DNA of 62,538 bases, filler included, from Deltaproteobacteria bacterium (GCA_030698575.1; 11 parts of 11 records of this genome joined end to end with filler, not necessarily neighbours in it), one strand, 5' to 3'; numbered from the whole stretch's first letter, positions 39,362 through 49,339 are shown. A program made the numbers and translations. The notes: generated by a model not told the origin, from the letters alone.

Positions 39362-40194
39362 GCGCGCCGAAGCGGCCCGAAGACAAGGCCCACCAGTTCG
39401 ACAGGGCTGAGGAATTCCTTCAGATGTTCAAGAAGGGGGCTGAGTTCACCCAGGAGCTGCTGCGCGAGAACGAGCGGCTTCGCTTCAGGGCGATTGAGAT
39501 AGAGGAACTGCTCAAGGACCCCGCGCGCAAAGGGTCGGGCAGGGAGGGAGCAAAGCTCATCACGCGGATCGAGGAGCTCGAAAAGGAACGCCAGGAGCTC
39601 CTGAGGAAGTATGAGGAAGTAGAGTCGGAGAACAAGGATTTCGCCAGGCGGTATCTCGAAATAGAGGAGGAGAACAACAACCTCGCCAACCTCTATGTCG
39701 CCAGCTACCAGCTCCACTCCACGCTCGATTCCGACGAAGTCTTGCAGATCATCATCGAAATCATCATCAACCTGATCGGCGCCGAGGTCTTTGCCATCCT
39801 CCTGCTCGACGAGAAGACCGGCGAGCTGAAACCGGTCGCCAGCGAGGGCATTGGCAAGGGGGAGATCCCGCCCGTGCGTCCCGGCGACGGAAGGATCGGC
39901 CTGGTGGCGAAGGCGGGCGAGAACTACTTCGCGGAGCACGTTCCCCGGGACGGCCATGTGGATACGAATGAGCCGATCGTCTGCATCCCGCTGAGCATCA
40001 AGAAACACGTCATCGGGGTCATTGTGATCTACAAGCTGCTCCAGCAGAAACCGGAGTTCACGGAGCTGGATCACGAGCTTTTCACGCTGCTCGCAGGCCA
40101 TGCGGCCACGGCAACCTTCGCCTCGCGGCTCTACTCCGAGTCGGAGCGAAAGCTTTCCACCATTCAGGGTTTCATCGACCTGCTGACGAAATGA
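39358..40194 (+). CDS. Coiled-coil plus GAF domain protein
   Basis: Long EK-rich coil, NLANLYVASYQLHSTLD, CIPL...IGVIVIYKLL. Confidence 0.85.
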   Translation: MSAPKRPEDKAHQFDRAEEFLQMFKKGAEFTQELLRENERLRFRAIEIEELLKDPARKGSGREGAKLITRIEELEKERQELLRKYEEVESENKDFARRYLEIEEENNNLANLYVASYQLHSTLDSDEVLQIIIEIIINLIGAEVFAILLLDEKTGELKPVASEGIGKGEIPPVRPGDGRIGLVAKAGENYFAEHVPRDGHVDTNEPIVCIPLSIKKHVIGVIVIYKLLQQKPEFTELDHELFTLLAGHAATATFASRLYSESERKLSTIQGFIDLLTK

Positions 40195-40249
40195 GGACGG
40201 GCTCGGGCCGCGAAAAGCGACGATCCGGGAGCCCGATGGGAAGAGAAAA

Positions 40250-40619
40250 ATGGCCTACAAGATATTGATCGTCGAGGACTCGCCCACGATGCGCCAGGTG
40301 CTCAGCTTCGCCCTGAAGCGGCTCCGGCGGGTCGAGATCGTCGAGGCGCAGGACGGCGTGGACGGCTTGAAAAAGATCTGCCAGGAAAAATTCGACCTGG
40401 CGCTGATCGACATCAACATGCCGCTCATGGACGGTCTCAAGCTCGTGAAGCTCATCAGGAGCGATCCTCGCTGCAAGGACGTCCCCATTGCGATGATCAC
40501 GACGGAGTCGGCGCGCGAGGACCGCGAGCGCGCGCTCCATCTCGGCGCCAACGAATATCTCACCAAGCCGGTCGAGCAGCGGGACATCCTTCGCGTCGCG
40601 CGGAAGCTCCTCAAGATCG
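40250..40619 (+). CDS. cheY: CheY-like single-domain response regulator (stop lost at spacer)
   Basis: IVEDS, IDINMPLMDG, MITT, YLTKP. Confidence 0.88.
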
Positions 40620-40720
40620 NNNNNNNNNNNNNNNNNNNNNNNNNNNNNNNNNNNNNNNNNNNNTTAATTAATTAANNNNNNNNNNNNNNNNNNNNNNNNN
40701 NNNNNNNNNNNNNNNNNNNT

Positions 40721-40993
40721 GTTCAGTCGGCGGCGGTTGGCTTCGAGACGTTGAAGTACAAGACGGCCAACGTGATCTTCGACAACAACACCAACTTCGG
40801 TACCACGGCTGAAAAGGCGTTCTTCCTGAACACCGACTATCTCGGTCTGGTCCAGCATCCGCAAGCGCAGTGGACGCAGGACGATGAGCGGACGCCGGTG
40901 AACCAGGATGCCGTCGTGGTCCCGCTGTACTGGATGGGCCAGATGGTTGTGACAAACCGTTCTCTCCAAGGCGTCCTGTTCGACGCCTCTTAA
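40721..40993 (+). CDS. Phage major capsid protein, C-terminus
   Basis: GFETLKYK...FFLNTDYL...PVNQDAVV...WMGQMVVTNRSLQGVL. Confidence 0.82.
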   Translation, partial: VQSAAVGFETLKYKTANVIFDNNTNFGTTAEKAFFLNTDYLGLVQHPQAQWTQDDERTPVNQDAVVVPLYWMGQMVVTNRSLQGVLFDAS

Positions 40994-41058
40994 TAAGGAC
41001 TTGCGGGGTTTATAGGATGGGGCTAATGTAGGTCGTACCTTAACGGTAGGAGCTGCAT

Positions 41059-41727
41059 ATGTCCAAGCCACGAGGAATGACGATCAAGAACCGTGAGGGC
41101 CAGCGTAACGGTCGCCTCACGGTTCTCCAGCGAGCGGCGAACAAGGTGGAGCCATCCGGGGCAATCCGGGCTCAATGGCTTTGCCGGTGTGATTGTGGGA
41201 ATGAGGTTGTCGTTACCGGGCACGCTCTTGGCAAAGGCCACACAAAATCGTGTGGGTGCCTGAACCGGGAGAATGCCCCGAAGCATGGAATGGCTCGAGC
41301 GCGGATTTACCGCGTCTGGGTCCACATGCGGCAGCGGTGCGAGAATCCTCACTATACCCACTATGACCGCTACGGCGGCCGCGGGATCGCCGTATGTGAG
41401 CGTTGGCAGAGTTTCGAGAATTTCTACGCCGACATGGGGGGATGCCCGCTGGGCATGACCTTAGACCGGGAAGACAATGATCGAGACTACGAACCGGGGA
41501 ATTGCCGCTGGGCCACTAGGGTCGAGCAGTCAAACAACCGGGCCAATAACGTGCACATGACCTACAAAGGCCAGACAAAGACACTGGCCGAGTGGGGCCT
41601 GGTAACCGGGCTGGGCAAGTCAGTCATTATCGGCCGCCTTGCAAGCGGTTGGTCCATCGAGCGCGTCCTTACAGAACCGCTAGTTCCGCGCCACGAGCGG
41701 ACGCGACACCTACACAAGCCGCGTTAG
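41059..41727 (+). CDS. Free-standing HNH (His-Me finger) homing-endonuclease-like protein
   Basis: WLCRCDCG...TKSCGC, WVHMRQRC, YGGRGIAVCERW, TLDREDND..YEPGNCRWAT..EQ.NN. Confidence 0.88.
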   Translation: MSKPRGMTIKNREGQRNGRLTVLQRAANKVEPSGAIRAQWLCRCDCGNEVVVTGHALGKGHTKSCGCLNRENAPKHGMARARIYRVWVHMRQRCENPHYTHYDRYGGRGIAVCERWQSFENFYADMGGCPLGMTLDREDNDRDYEPGNCRWATRVEQSNNRANNVHMTYKGQTKTLAEWGLVTGLGKSVIIGRLASGWSIERVLTEPLVPRHERTRHLHKPR

Positions 41728-41749
41728 CATCCTCAACCATCCCTCACTC

Positions 41750-41771
41750 GGGCGGCTCTTCGGGGCCGCCC
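41750..41771 (+). terminator. cUUCGg-capped hairpin
   Basis: GGGCGGCTC-TTCG-GGGCCGCCC; weak U-tract. Confidence 0.55.
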
Positions 41772-41796
41772 TTCACCTTCATAGGAGACTGAAACG

Positions 41797-42258
41797 ATGT
41801 ATATCATTGGTATCAAGGCGGATGCCGCTGCATCCACCACGGCAGAGTTCACGCCCGGCACTGTCGGGGCGAACTATGACGGCGGCTTCAAGGTCTACAA
41901 GTACATGATGTACGACGAAGGCACGGCGGCTGTCGATGGCGTTGCCGGCGAGGTGGCATACTATGTTGCCGACACCGGATATGGCGCCAATACCGTCACG
42001 TCTGACCTGTCCGACTCCGACGAGGTAGGGGCCGGCGTGCTGCAGGTCAACATGAGCGATAATGAGTATGGCTGGTTCCAGATCAAGGGCTTTGCCACGC
42101 TCTCGATTGCCCTGACGGCAGCAACTGACGGTGCCCCGCAGACCCCGACTGGCTCGGGCGACGGGTCGCTGGACGATACCACGGCGGCGACTGACGCCGT
42201 GTGCGCGATCACCATCGACGCCTCGGCCAAGGAGATCATCTGCGACTTCCCGTACTGA
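41797..42258 (+). CDS. Probable phage capsid decoration/cement protein
   Basis: Acidic, Gly/Ala-rich beta protein (YKYM, YGWFQIKG) following the capsid gene; AGGAG RBS. Confidence 0.6.
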   Translation: MYIIGIKADAAASTTAEFTPGTVGANYDGGFKVYKYMMYDEGTAAVDGVAGEVAYYVADTGYGANTVTSDLSDSDEVGAGVLQVNMSDNEYGWFQIKGFATLSIALTAATDGAPQTPTGSGDGSLDDTTAATDAVCAITIDASAKEIICDFPY

Positions 42259-42281
42259 CGGGCGCAGACCACGCGAAACGG

Positions 42282-42307
42282 ACGGGGGCCGCGCTGGCCC
42301 CCGTTTT
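42282..42307 (+). terminator. Rho-independent terminator
   Basis: ACGGGGGCC-GCGCT-GGCCCCCGT followed by T-run. Confidence 0.65.
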
Positions 42308-42334
42308 CATTCCAACCAATTCAGGAGCCTCTTT

Positions 42335-43027
42335 ATGAGCGCCGCAACACAACTCGCACCGCGTATTCAGGTTCACAGGTTCTGGACCAAGATCACTGTT
42401 GACCCCAAAGACCCCAACGTCGTCAAGGAAGACGATTGGGTTGAGTACGGCCAGGTGGGCATGGGCGACCGTTCCAAGACGGTTGACAAGGTGGCCCGCA
42501 TCTTCAACGTCATTCCGTCCAATGACATGCAGAACCCCGCGATTCTGCTCGCCCACATGCGCAAGGCCGCCATCGAGCCGGCCTATACTGCATGGAAGGC
42601 GGGCCGGGAGACGCCGGTCAATGGCACGACGCTCGCGGTGCTCAACTCGCTGCCGCAGGAGGAAGCGGATTACCTGCGTCAGCATGGCGTCAAGGTCATC
42701 GAGGAACTGGCCCAACTGACGGATACTCACATCGAGCGGCTTAAGCTCCGCAACCTGCGCGTCTACATCGCCGAGGCCCGGCGCTATCTGGACGCATCTG
42801 ATACGCGCAAGTTCTCCGCCACGCTGGCCGAGAAGGATCGGGAGATCGCCAATCTGGAACTCGCCAAGAACGACCAGCAGGAGCAGATCAGGTCGCTCAT
42901 GCAGAAGATGGACGAGTTGGCCGGTATGGTGGCGGCACAGAACGTCGCCAAGGAAGGCGAGGCCAAGCGCGGCCCCGGCCGACCCCGCAAGGACGAAGCC
43001 AAGGCAGAGCAGACGGAGGCAGCGTGA
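42335..43027 (+). CDS. Phage hypothetical protein with coiled coil and C-terminal GRPRK motif
   Basis: AGGAG RBS; IEELAQLTD segment, coiled coil, KRGPGRPRK. Confidence 0.75.
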   Translation: MSAATQLAPRIQVHRFWTKITVDPKDPNVVKEDDWVEYGQVGMGDRSKTVDKVARIFNVIPSNDMQNPAILLAHMRKAAIEPAYTAWKAGRETPVNGTTLAVLNSLPQEEADYLRQHGVKVIEELAQLTDTHIERLKLRNLRVYIAEARRYLDASDTRKFSATLAEKDREIANLELAKNDQQEQIRSLMQKMDELAGMVAAQNVAKEGEAKRGPGRPRKDEAKAEQTEAA

Positions 43028-43149
43028 CCGTCGCCTTCCGCAACCATCCGCGCATCGGCTGGTACGGCCATTTGGCTACGCCGCGGCTAATCGTGATGTT
43101 CCATAAGTGGCGTCTGCGCTTTTATCGGCATGGGGATGTGGTCAGATGA
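43024..43149 (+). CDS. Small basic phage ORF, 41 aa, not in ORF track
   Basis: GTGA overlap with the upstream stop and ATGA overlap with the downstream start; MTVAFRNHPRIGWYGHLATPRLIVMFHKWRLRFYRHGDVVR. Confidence 0.55.
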   Translation: MTVAFRNHPRIGWYGHLATPRLIVMFHKWRLRFYRHGDVVR

Positions 43150-43847
43150 CATTGCTGACGGTCTGCCAGGATGCCTCTGTTGACCTGTCGCTGCCGGTCC
43201 CCGACGCGGTTATATCCGATACGGACCCGGCGGTGCGGTTGCTGTTACGTACCGCGCAAGAGGAAGGCCGCTCGCTCGCCGGGCGCCACACATGGCAGGC
43301 GCTGACCACCGAGCACACCTTCACGACCGTCGCGGCGGCCGAGCAGACCAGTTCGATCCCGTCCGACTTCGACCGGCTGATCATCGAAACCATGTTCAAC
43401 CGGGACCGGAACCGGCGGGTATGGGGGCCAATCGACAGCAACGAGTGGCAGGCGTATCAAGCCTCGCTCGTCACGCGCGTCGACCCGGCCTTCCGCATTC
43501 GTGGCGACACCATCCTGATCACGCCGACGCCTGATGCCAGCGAGACGGTGGCCTATGAGTACGTTTCCAAGAACTGGTGCGAATCGTCCGGGGGCACGGG
43601 GCAAGCGGCATGGGCGGCCGACACCGACACCGCGAAGCTGAACGAATCCGCCATGACGCTCGGCGTGGTGTGGCGCTGGCGCAAGGCCAAGGGGCTGGAC
43701 TTCTCGGCCGCCGAACGGGACTACGAGCGCATCGTCGCCGATCTCATCCTGCGTGACGGCTCCCGGCCCCGGCTGTCGTGTGGCCCGGTCATCTACGAGC
43801 GCTCGCCGGTGGCGCCGTGGGTGCCCGATACGCTTGTCGGGCTGTAA
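43146..43847 (+). CDS. Phage head-tail adaptor / tail tubular protein A-like
   Basis: MTLLTVCQD...WQAL...IPSDFDR...YEYVSKNW...LGVVWRWRKAKGLD. Confidence 0.78.
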   Translation: MTLLTVCQDASVDLSLPVPDAVISDTDPAVRLLLRTAQEEGRSLAGRHTWQALTTEHTFTTVAAAEQTSSIPSDFDRLIIETMFNRDRNRRVWGPIDSNEWQAYQASLVTRVDPAFRIRGDTILITPTPDASETVAYEYVSKNWCESSGGTGQAAWAADTDTAKLNESAMTLGVVWRWRKAKGLDFSAAERDYERIVADLILRDGSRPRLSCGPVIYERSPVAPWVPDTLVGL

Positions 43848-43850
43848 GCC

Positions 43851-44404
43851 ATGTACGAGGCCCTTGCGAGCTCATACAACAGGCCCGGCGGGAGCAGCAG
43901 CCCGGTCAGTCGCCAGCGCTCGCAGATCGTCACGCTACCGCCCCCTGTCGGCGGCTGGAATGCCCGCGATGCGGTCAGCGAAATATCGGCCGTCAAGACC
44001 AGCTTCCAGCAGGCCGAGGCGCTGGTGCTGGACAACTGGCTGCCCACCGCCGGCGGCATTCAGGTGCGCGGCGGCTATACCGAACACGGTACCGGCTTGA
44101 CCGGCGATTATGTCGAAAGCCTGATGCCGTATCACCCGGCCACCGGCACGGCCAAGATGTTCGCCGCCACGCCAACCATCATCTACGATGTAACCACATC
44201 GGGCGCCGGCTCCTCGTCGCAAACCGGCCTGACAAACGGCCGCTGGAGCCATGTGAACTTCTCCACCGCAGCCACGAGGGTGTTGTATATTTGCAACGGT
44301 GAGGACACGCCGCGCTACTGGAATAACACGTCGTGGACCAATAGCACCTTCTCCGGCTCCGGTCTCACGCTGACCAACCTCGATTATGTCCATGCGCATC
44401 TGTT
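43851..44404 (+). CDS. Phage tail nozzle / stabilization protein, N-terminus (truncated)
   Basis: LPPPVGGWNARD...LDNWLP...VRGGY...CNGED, beta-propeller-like start. Confidence 0.75.
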
Positions 44405-44504
44405 NNNNNNNNNNNNNNNNNNNNNNNNNNNNNNNNNNNNNNNNNNNNTTAATTAATTAANNNNNNNNNNNNNNNNNNNNNNNNNNNNNNNNNNNNNNNN
44501 NNNN

Positions 44505-46467
44505 GCGCGCCGATGTGCACCACCCGCCCGCGAATGCCCTCCACGTCGACGATGTCGCCGAGCTTGATGGGGCGTTCGAGCAGGAGAATGATGCCGCTGA
44601 TGAAATTGTTGATGAGATTCTGCGCCCCGAAGCCGAGGCCGATGGCCAGCGCGCCGCCCGCGAAGGCGAAGGCCGTGAGCGGGATCTGCACGAAACTGAT
44701 GGCCAGAAGGACGACACTCACGATGAGGATGGTGAAGAGCGCCTTGTCGAGGAGCGCAGCGACGTTCTCCTCGGCCTTGAAGCGGCTGGTGGCGACCTTG
44801 TGGACGGCGCGCGCTATCAGGCTCGAGGCCCAGATGCCGAAGCCCAGGATGAGAAGGGCCTGAAGCACCTTGGCCACCGTGATGGGGCGCAATCCCTTAA
44901 TCTCTTCCCCCTCGACTACGATCGTGTCCTCGAGGGTGAACAGCTCGAACCCCCAGAAGTCGCGTGCGAACCCGTGTGCCACTTTCAGAAACGAGAGGGC
45001 GCGCTCGGTGATCGGCACGCTGTGGCGGCGCTCGTCAATCTCCGCCTGCCAGATGTTGAGGAGCGTCTTGAGCTCGTTGACTTCCTCCAAACCCTGCCGG
45101 AGCGTCTCCAGGCGCTCCTCGTAGAAGCCAAGCACGGCCTCGGCTTCGGCGCGGTCCCCGTCGGCGGGTTTCCACCCAGCGAGCTTCCGCTTCTGACCGC
45201 TGATATCCGTGAGGGCCAGCTCCAGACGCGAGATGAAGAAATGTTCCCAAAGGTTGAGATCCTTGAACCCCACCTCGTTGCGCCGATGCACCTTCGTCAG
45301 CGCAGCGGGGTCGGTCTCCTGGCTGATCGCGTATCGATCCTTCCAGATTCGCTCCTCGGCATTCGTCCCCGTCAGGTAGTTCTTGAGGGACTCCATCAGG
45401 AGGGCCGCGGTCACGTACTCGGTCTCGCGCGTCTCGAGCGTCTTCTCGAGGCGCGCGTCGGTGTCGGGCCCCGCCCGGCCCGCGGCCCGGGCCGCCTTGA
45501 GCTTCTCCAGCGAGCCGCGGATTTCCGCCAGATCCGCGCCAATCCGCGACTGCCGCTTCGCCGCGGCATCGAGGTCCGCCTGGATCCGCGCCCGCGATTT
45601 CGCGATGCGAGCGAGCTTCTCGTCCAGCTCCTTCTTCGTGAAGGACGAATCGGCCCGGGCCGCCTCGATCTTGCGGCGGAGGAAGGCGAGCAGGGCCGAG
45701 TTTGCCTCGGTCCTCGCTACTATGTCTTCAAGGGAGGTGTTCGCCGCGTTCAGCCCCACGCCCGCCGAGCGCACCCGCAGCTTGGCCAGATCCAGCAGCC
45801 ACTGGAGGCGGTTCGCCTTGCTCTGATCCTTCTCGCCCTCGAGCGCTTCCGTCAGGCGGCGGACCTCCGGCTCGGCCTCGGCGAGCCTGTCCTCCCAGAG
45901 TACGCGCGCCGCCTCTTCGCGGAGCTTCTCGGCATCGAGTGAATCGAGGACGAGCTGGACGGCGAGAAGTTCCTGGCGGATGCGATCGACGAACTCGATG
46001 GGGTAGGGAGGCTTCTCGGGGAAGCCCTGCCACGCTTCGGCCTCGGCGGTGAGCTTGGCCCGCCGCACCGCGATCTCCTTCTTGCGATCGAGCGCGGAGA
46101 TGCGGGCGCTGAAGCTCCTGGCCAGATCCCCGAGCAGCCGGCGGCGCTCCTCGAGCTCATCCGGCCTGGCCGCGAGCTCCGCGGCGTGGGCGTCTCCCAC
46201 CCGATCCGCCGCGGCGAGATCAGCCTCGACCCCCTTCAGCCCCTCGCGCGCCTCGGCGATCTGCTCCTCAATGGAGGGCTCTGCGGTTGGCGCCTGCTCG
46301 GCCTTCCCGGCGTCTCCCCCCGCTTTCGGGAGAAGACCCCCGCCCTGGGCCACAGCGAACCCCGGGGCACAGAGGGCGGCGCAAAGAAGGACCGTGGCGG
46401 CAAGCAGAAAGAGCCGTGAAAGAACCGGCAGGAACCTCCGCGAGGGGTACGATGAATCGATGATCAC
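44505..46467 (-). CDS. MscK/MscS-family mechanosensitive channel with large periplasmic coiled coil (3' truncated)
   Basis: Signal peptide, coiled coil, GALAIGLGFGAQNLINNFISGIILLLERPIKLGD. Confidence 0.92.
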
Positions 46468-46727
46468 TAATACTCCTGGACAGACAGGCGAGGCGTGCCT
46501 CCCCGCGGCGCGGATCCTTCGGGCAATACACCGAAGGGGGACGCGAAAGCTAGCGCCATCGGGCCGGCACGGCCATCCCCCCGGCGGGCAGGGTCGTTGA
46601 CGCGCGAGTCACCCCTCTGTTACAGGAGAAAAGGGCGATCGGGCAACCCGGGACCGGCGGCGAGCTGTCACGCTGGGCAAGCCGCGAAACGCAGCTCGGA
46701 GCCCCTTCCAGCAGCCAAGGAGCCATC

Positions 46728-47918
46728 ATGGATTTCAATCTGAGCGCCCAGGAAGAGACCTTTCGCGACCAGCTGCGCGCCTGGCTCGCGAAAAACCTGC
46801 CGAAGGACGCCAGGCGGCTCGCCCGCGCGGGCGAGCACGCCCAGGAGGATCGCGTCCAGTTCCTGAAGGACTGGGCGAAGAAGGTCTACGACGGCGGATG
46901 GGCCGGGGTGAGCTGGCCCAAGGAGTACGGCGGCGTCGGCGCGACGCTCATGGAGCAGGTCATCTTCAACGAGGAGATGGCGCGGGCCGGCGCACCCGAG
47001 CACCTGAACGTGATCGGCCTCGGCATGACCGGACCGACGATCATTGCCCACGGCACCGAGGGGCAGAAGAAGCGTTACCTCGCGAAGATCCTCTCGGCCG
47101 AGGAGATCTGGTGCCAGGGTTTCAGCGAGCCGAACGCCGGGAGCGATCTTGCGGGCCTCCAGTGCCGCGCGGAGCGCGACGGCGACGATTTCATCGTCAA
47201 CGGCCAGAAGGTCTGGACGAGCCTCGCCCACATCGCCCAGTGGTGCATCCTGCTTGTCCGCACCGATAGCTCGGCCGCCAAGCATGCGGGCATCACCTAC
47301 CTGCTCGTCGACATGGCATCGCCCGGCATCACGGTCCGGCCGCTCGTCCAGATCACCGGTGACGCCGAGTTCAACGAAATCTACTTCGAGAACGTGCGCG
47401 TGCCGGTGGCCAATGTGCTGGGCGGCATCAACCAGGGGTGGCACGTCGCGATCACCACGCTCATGCACGAGCGCGGCACGCTGGCCATCGCGGTGCAGGT
47501 GCGCTTCCGGATGTTGCTCGACCAGCTTCTCGCCAAGGCGAAGAAGGTCGAGCGCAATGGCCGGCCCGTGACCGAGGATCCGATCGTGCGGCAGAAGCTC
47601 GCGCAGATGCACATCGAGGTCGAGTTGCTGAAGCCCAACGGCTATCGTTCGCTGACCAAGCTGCTCAAGGGCGAGCCGGGTCCCGAGGGTTCGATCGGCA
47701 AGCTCTTCTGGAGCGAGCTGAACCAGCGCCTGGAAGAGCTGGCGGTCGAGATCCTGGGGCCGTCGGCGCTGCTGCAGGCGGGATCAAAATACGCCGAGGA
47801 CGACGGCTTCTGGCTCTACCAGTTTCTCCGCTCGCGCGGCAACACGATCGAAGCCGGGACGTCGGAAATTCAAAAGAACATCATCTCGGAACGGGTGCTC
47901 GGACTGCCCAGGGGTTAA
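46728..47918 (+). CDS. Acyl-CoA dehydrogenase (FadE26/ChsE-like catalytic subunit)
   Basis: WCQGFSEPNAGSDLA, NGQKVWTS, TTLMHER, TIEAGTSEIQKNII. Confidence 0.93.
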   Translation: MDFNLSAQEETFRDQLRAWLAKNLPKDARRLARAGEHAQEDRVQFLKDWAKKVYDGGWAGVSWPKEYGGVGATLMEQVIFNEEMARAGAPEHLNVIGLGMTGPTIIAHGTEGQKKRYLAKILSAEEIWCQGFSEPNAGSDLAGLQCRAERDGDDFIVNGQKVWTSLAHIAQWCILLVRTDSSAAKHAGITYLLVDMASPGITVRPLVQITGDAEFNEIYFENVRVPVANVLGGINQGWHVAITTLMHERGTLAIAVQVRFRMLLDQLLAKAKKVERNGRPVTEDPIVRQKLAQMHIEVELLKPNGYRSLTKLLKGEPGPEGSIGKLFWSELNQRLEELAVEILGPSALLQAGSKYAEDDGFWLYQFLRSRGNTIEAGTSEIQKNIISERVLGLPRG

Positions 47919-47937
47919 CGGCAGCAGGGCCGCCGGG

Positions 47938-48011
47938 GGATTGCTTCGTCGCTACTCTTGCAGGATTTTCTCGGCCCGCGCTTCGCGCGAAACCTCGGGC
48001 CTCGCAATGAC
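47938..48011. repeat. REP-like element (GGATTGCTTCGTCGCT...CCTCGCAATGAC) with expanded centre
   Basis: Ends match the widespread GTCATTGCGAG/AAGCAATCC REP type; 46-nt internal segment. Confidence 0.65.
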
Positions 48012-48044
48012 ATGCGCTTCGTGACATGCGACAAGGAGATTTGA

Positions 48045-49190
48045 ATGGACTTCGGTTTCAATGAAGAGCAGGAGATGCTGCGGAACTCCGCAAGGAGCTT
48101 CTTCGAGAGGGAATGCCCCACCACCTTCGTGCGGAAGATGCTCGACGATCCGCTGGGATACTCGCCCGCGATGTGGCGCAAGATCGCCGAGATGGGCTGG
48201 ACGGGGCTCCTCTATCCGGAGAAATACGGCGGGCTCGGCCTCGGCATGGTCGATCTGGTGGTCGTGCTCGAGGAGATGGGCCGCGCGCTGCTCCCCTCGC
48301 CGTTCCTGTCGACCATCATCGAGGCCGGTTCGGCCATTCTCCTGGGCGCCACCGAGGCGCAGCGCAAGCGGCTTCTGCCACAGCTCATCTCGGGCGAGAA
48401 GACAGCCGCTTTCGCGCTTGCGGAACCGAACGGGAGCCTCTCGGCGGACGGCATCGCGGCGCGCGCAGTGGCCGACCGGCGGAGTGGCGGGTTCGTGATT
48501 GACGGCGTGAAGGCGCTGGTGCAGGGCGCGCCGGGCGCCGATCTGCTCGTAGTGGCCGCGCGCACGCGCGCAAAGGGGCCCGCCGAGAAGGCCGTCTCGC
48601 TCTTTCTGGTCGATGCAGGAACTCCCGGCGTGACGGTCACGCCGCTGCCAAGCGTTGATGGCACGCGCCGCGTGGGCGAGGTCAGGCTCCGGAGCGTGAA
48701 GGTCGGCAAGGATGCGCTTCTCGGGCGCGCCGACGCCGCCTGGCCGGTCGTCATGAAAGTCCTCGATCGCGCGAACGTCGCGCTTTGCGCCGAGCAGGCG
48801 GGCCTCGCGCAGATCTGCCTGGAACTGACTGTCGAATACGCGAAGACACGCGTGCAGTTCGGAAAGCCCATCGGCGTCTTCCAGGCCATCAAGCACCCCT
48901 GCGCCGAGATGCTGCTCGAGCTGGAGTCCTCGAAGTCGGCGGTCTACTACGCCGCCTGGGCCCTCGATCACGATCCCAAGGCTGCCCCGCTCGCCGTCGC
49001 GATGGCGAAGAGCTACGCGGGCGAGGCGGGCTATCGCATCGCCGCCCGAAGCATCCAGCTCCACGGCGGCATCGGCTTCACCTGGGAGCACGACCTGCAT
49101 CTCTATTTCAAGCGCGCCAAGACCACCGAGCTCACCTACGGCGGAGGCACGCATCACCGGGAGCAGGTGGCCCGGGCAATCGGCCTCTGA
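48045..49190 (+). CDS. Acyl-CoA dehydrogenase (FadE27-like partner subunit)
   Basis: RVQFGKPIGVFQAIKH, IQLHGGIGFTWEHDLHLYFKRA. Confidence 0.92.
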   Translation: MDFGFNEEQEMLRNSARSFFERECPTTFVRKMLDDPLGYSPAMWRKIAEMGWTGLLYPEKYGGLGLGMVDLVVVLEEMGRALLPSPFLSTIIEAGSAILLGATEAQRKRLLPQLISGEKTAAFALAEPNGSLSADGIAARAVADRRSGGFVIDGVKALVQGAPGADLLVVAARTRAKGPAEKAVSLFLVDAGTPGVTVTPLPSVDGTRRVGEVRLRSVKVGKDALLGRADAAWPVVMKVLDRANVALCAEQAGLAQICLELTVEYAKTRVQFGKPIGVFQAIKHPCAEMLLELESSKSAVYYAAWALDHDPKAAPLAVAMAKSYAGEAGYRIAARSIQLHGGIGFTWEHDLHLYFKRAKTTELTYGGGTHHREQVARAIGL

Positions 49191-49339
49191 TCGCCCAGCA
49201 GTTTCTGCGCGCGCCCGGCGGGGCGTTCCCGTTCCGCCGGTTGACTTCGGCCCCCGGAACACGCAACTATAGCTGCAAAGGCCCATTTTCACGGGGCCTG
49301 CGGACTTTTTCACCCTCCATCTCAAAGAGAGTCAACACG

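Larger units (their letters stand above)
40720..44404 (+). mobile_element. Phage/prophage contig 2: podovirus-like virion module
   Basis: Capsid end, HNH, decoration-like gene, adaptor and nozzle genes, all co-oriented. Confidence 0.88.

Noticed and set aside
31075-40619. Chemosensory system lacking cheA
   Set aside because: The operon is cut at both ends by spacers, so absence is uninformative
11868-44404. Treating the two phage contigs as one prophage
   Set aside because: Each has its own dissimilar capsid, adaptor and nozzle genes, so they are two phages
46597-46626. Sigma70 promoter for the ACAD operon (TTGACG...TACAGG)
   Set aside because: The -10 lacks the conserved final T; too weak to call
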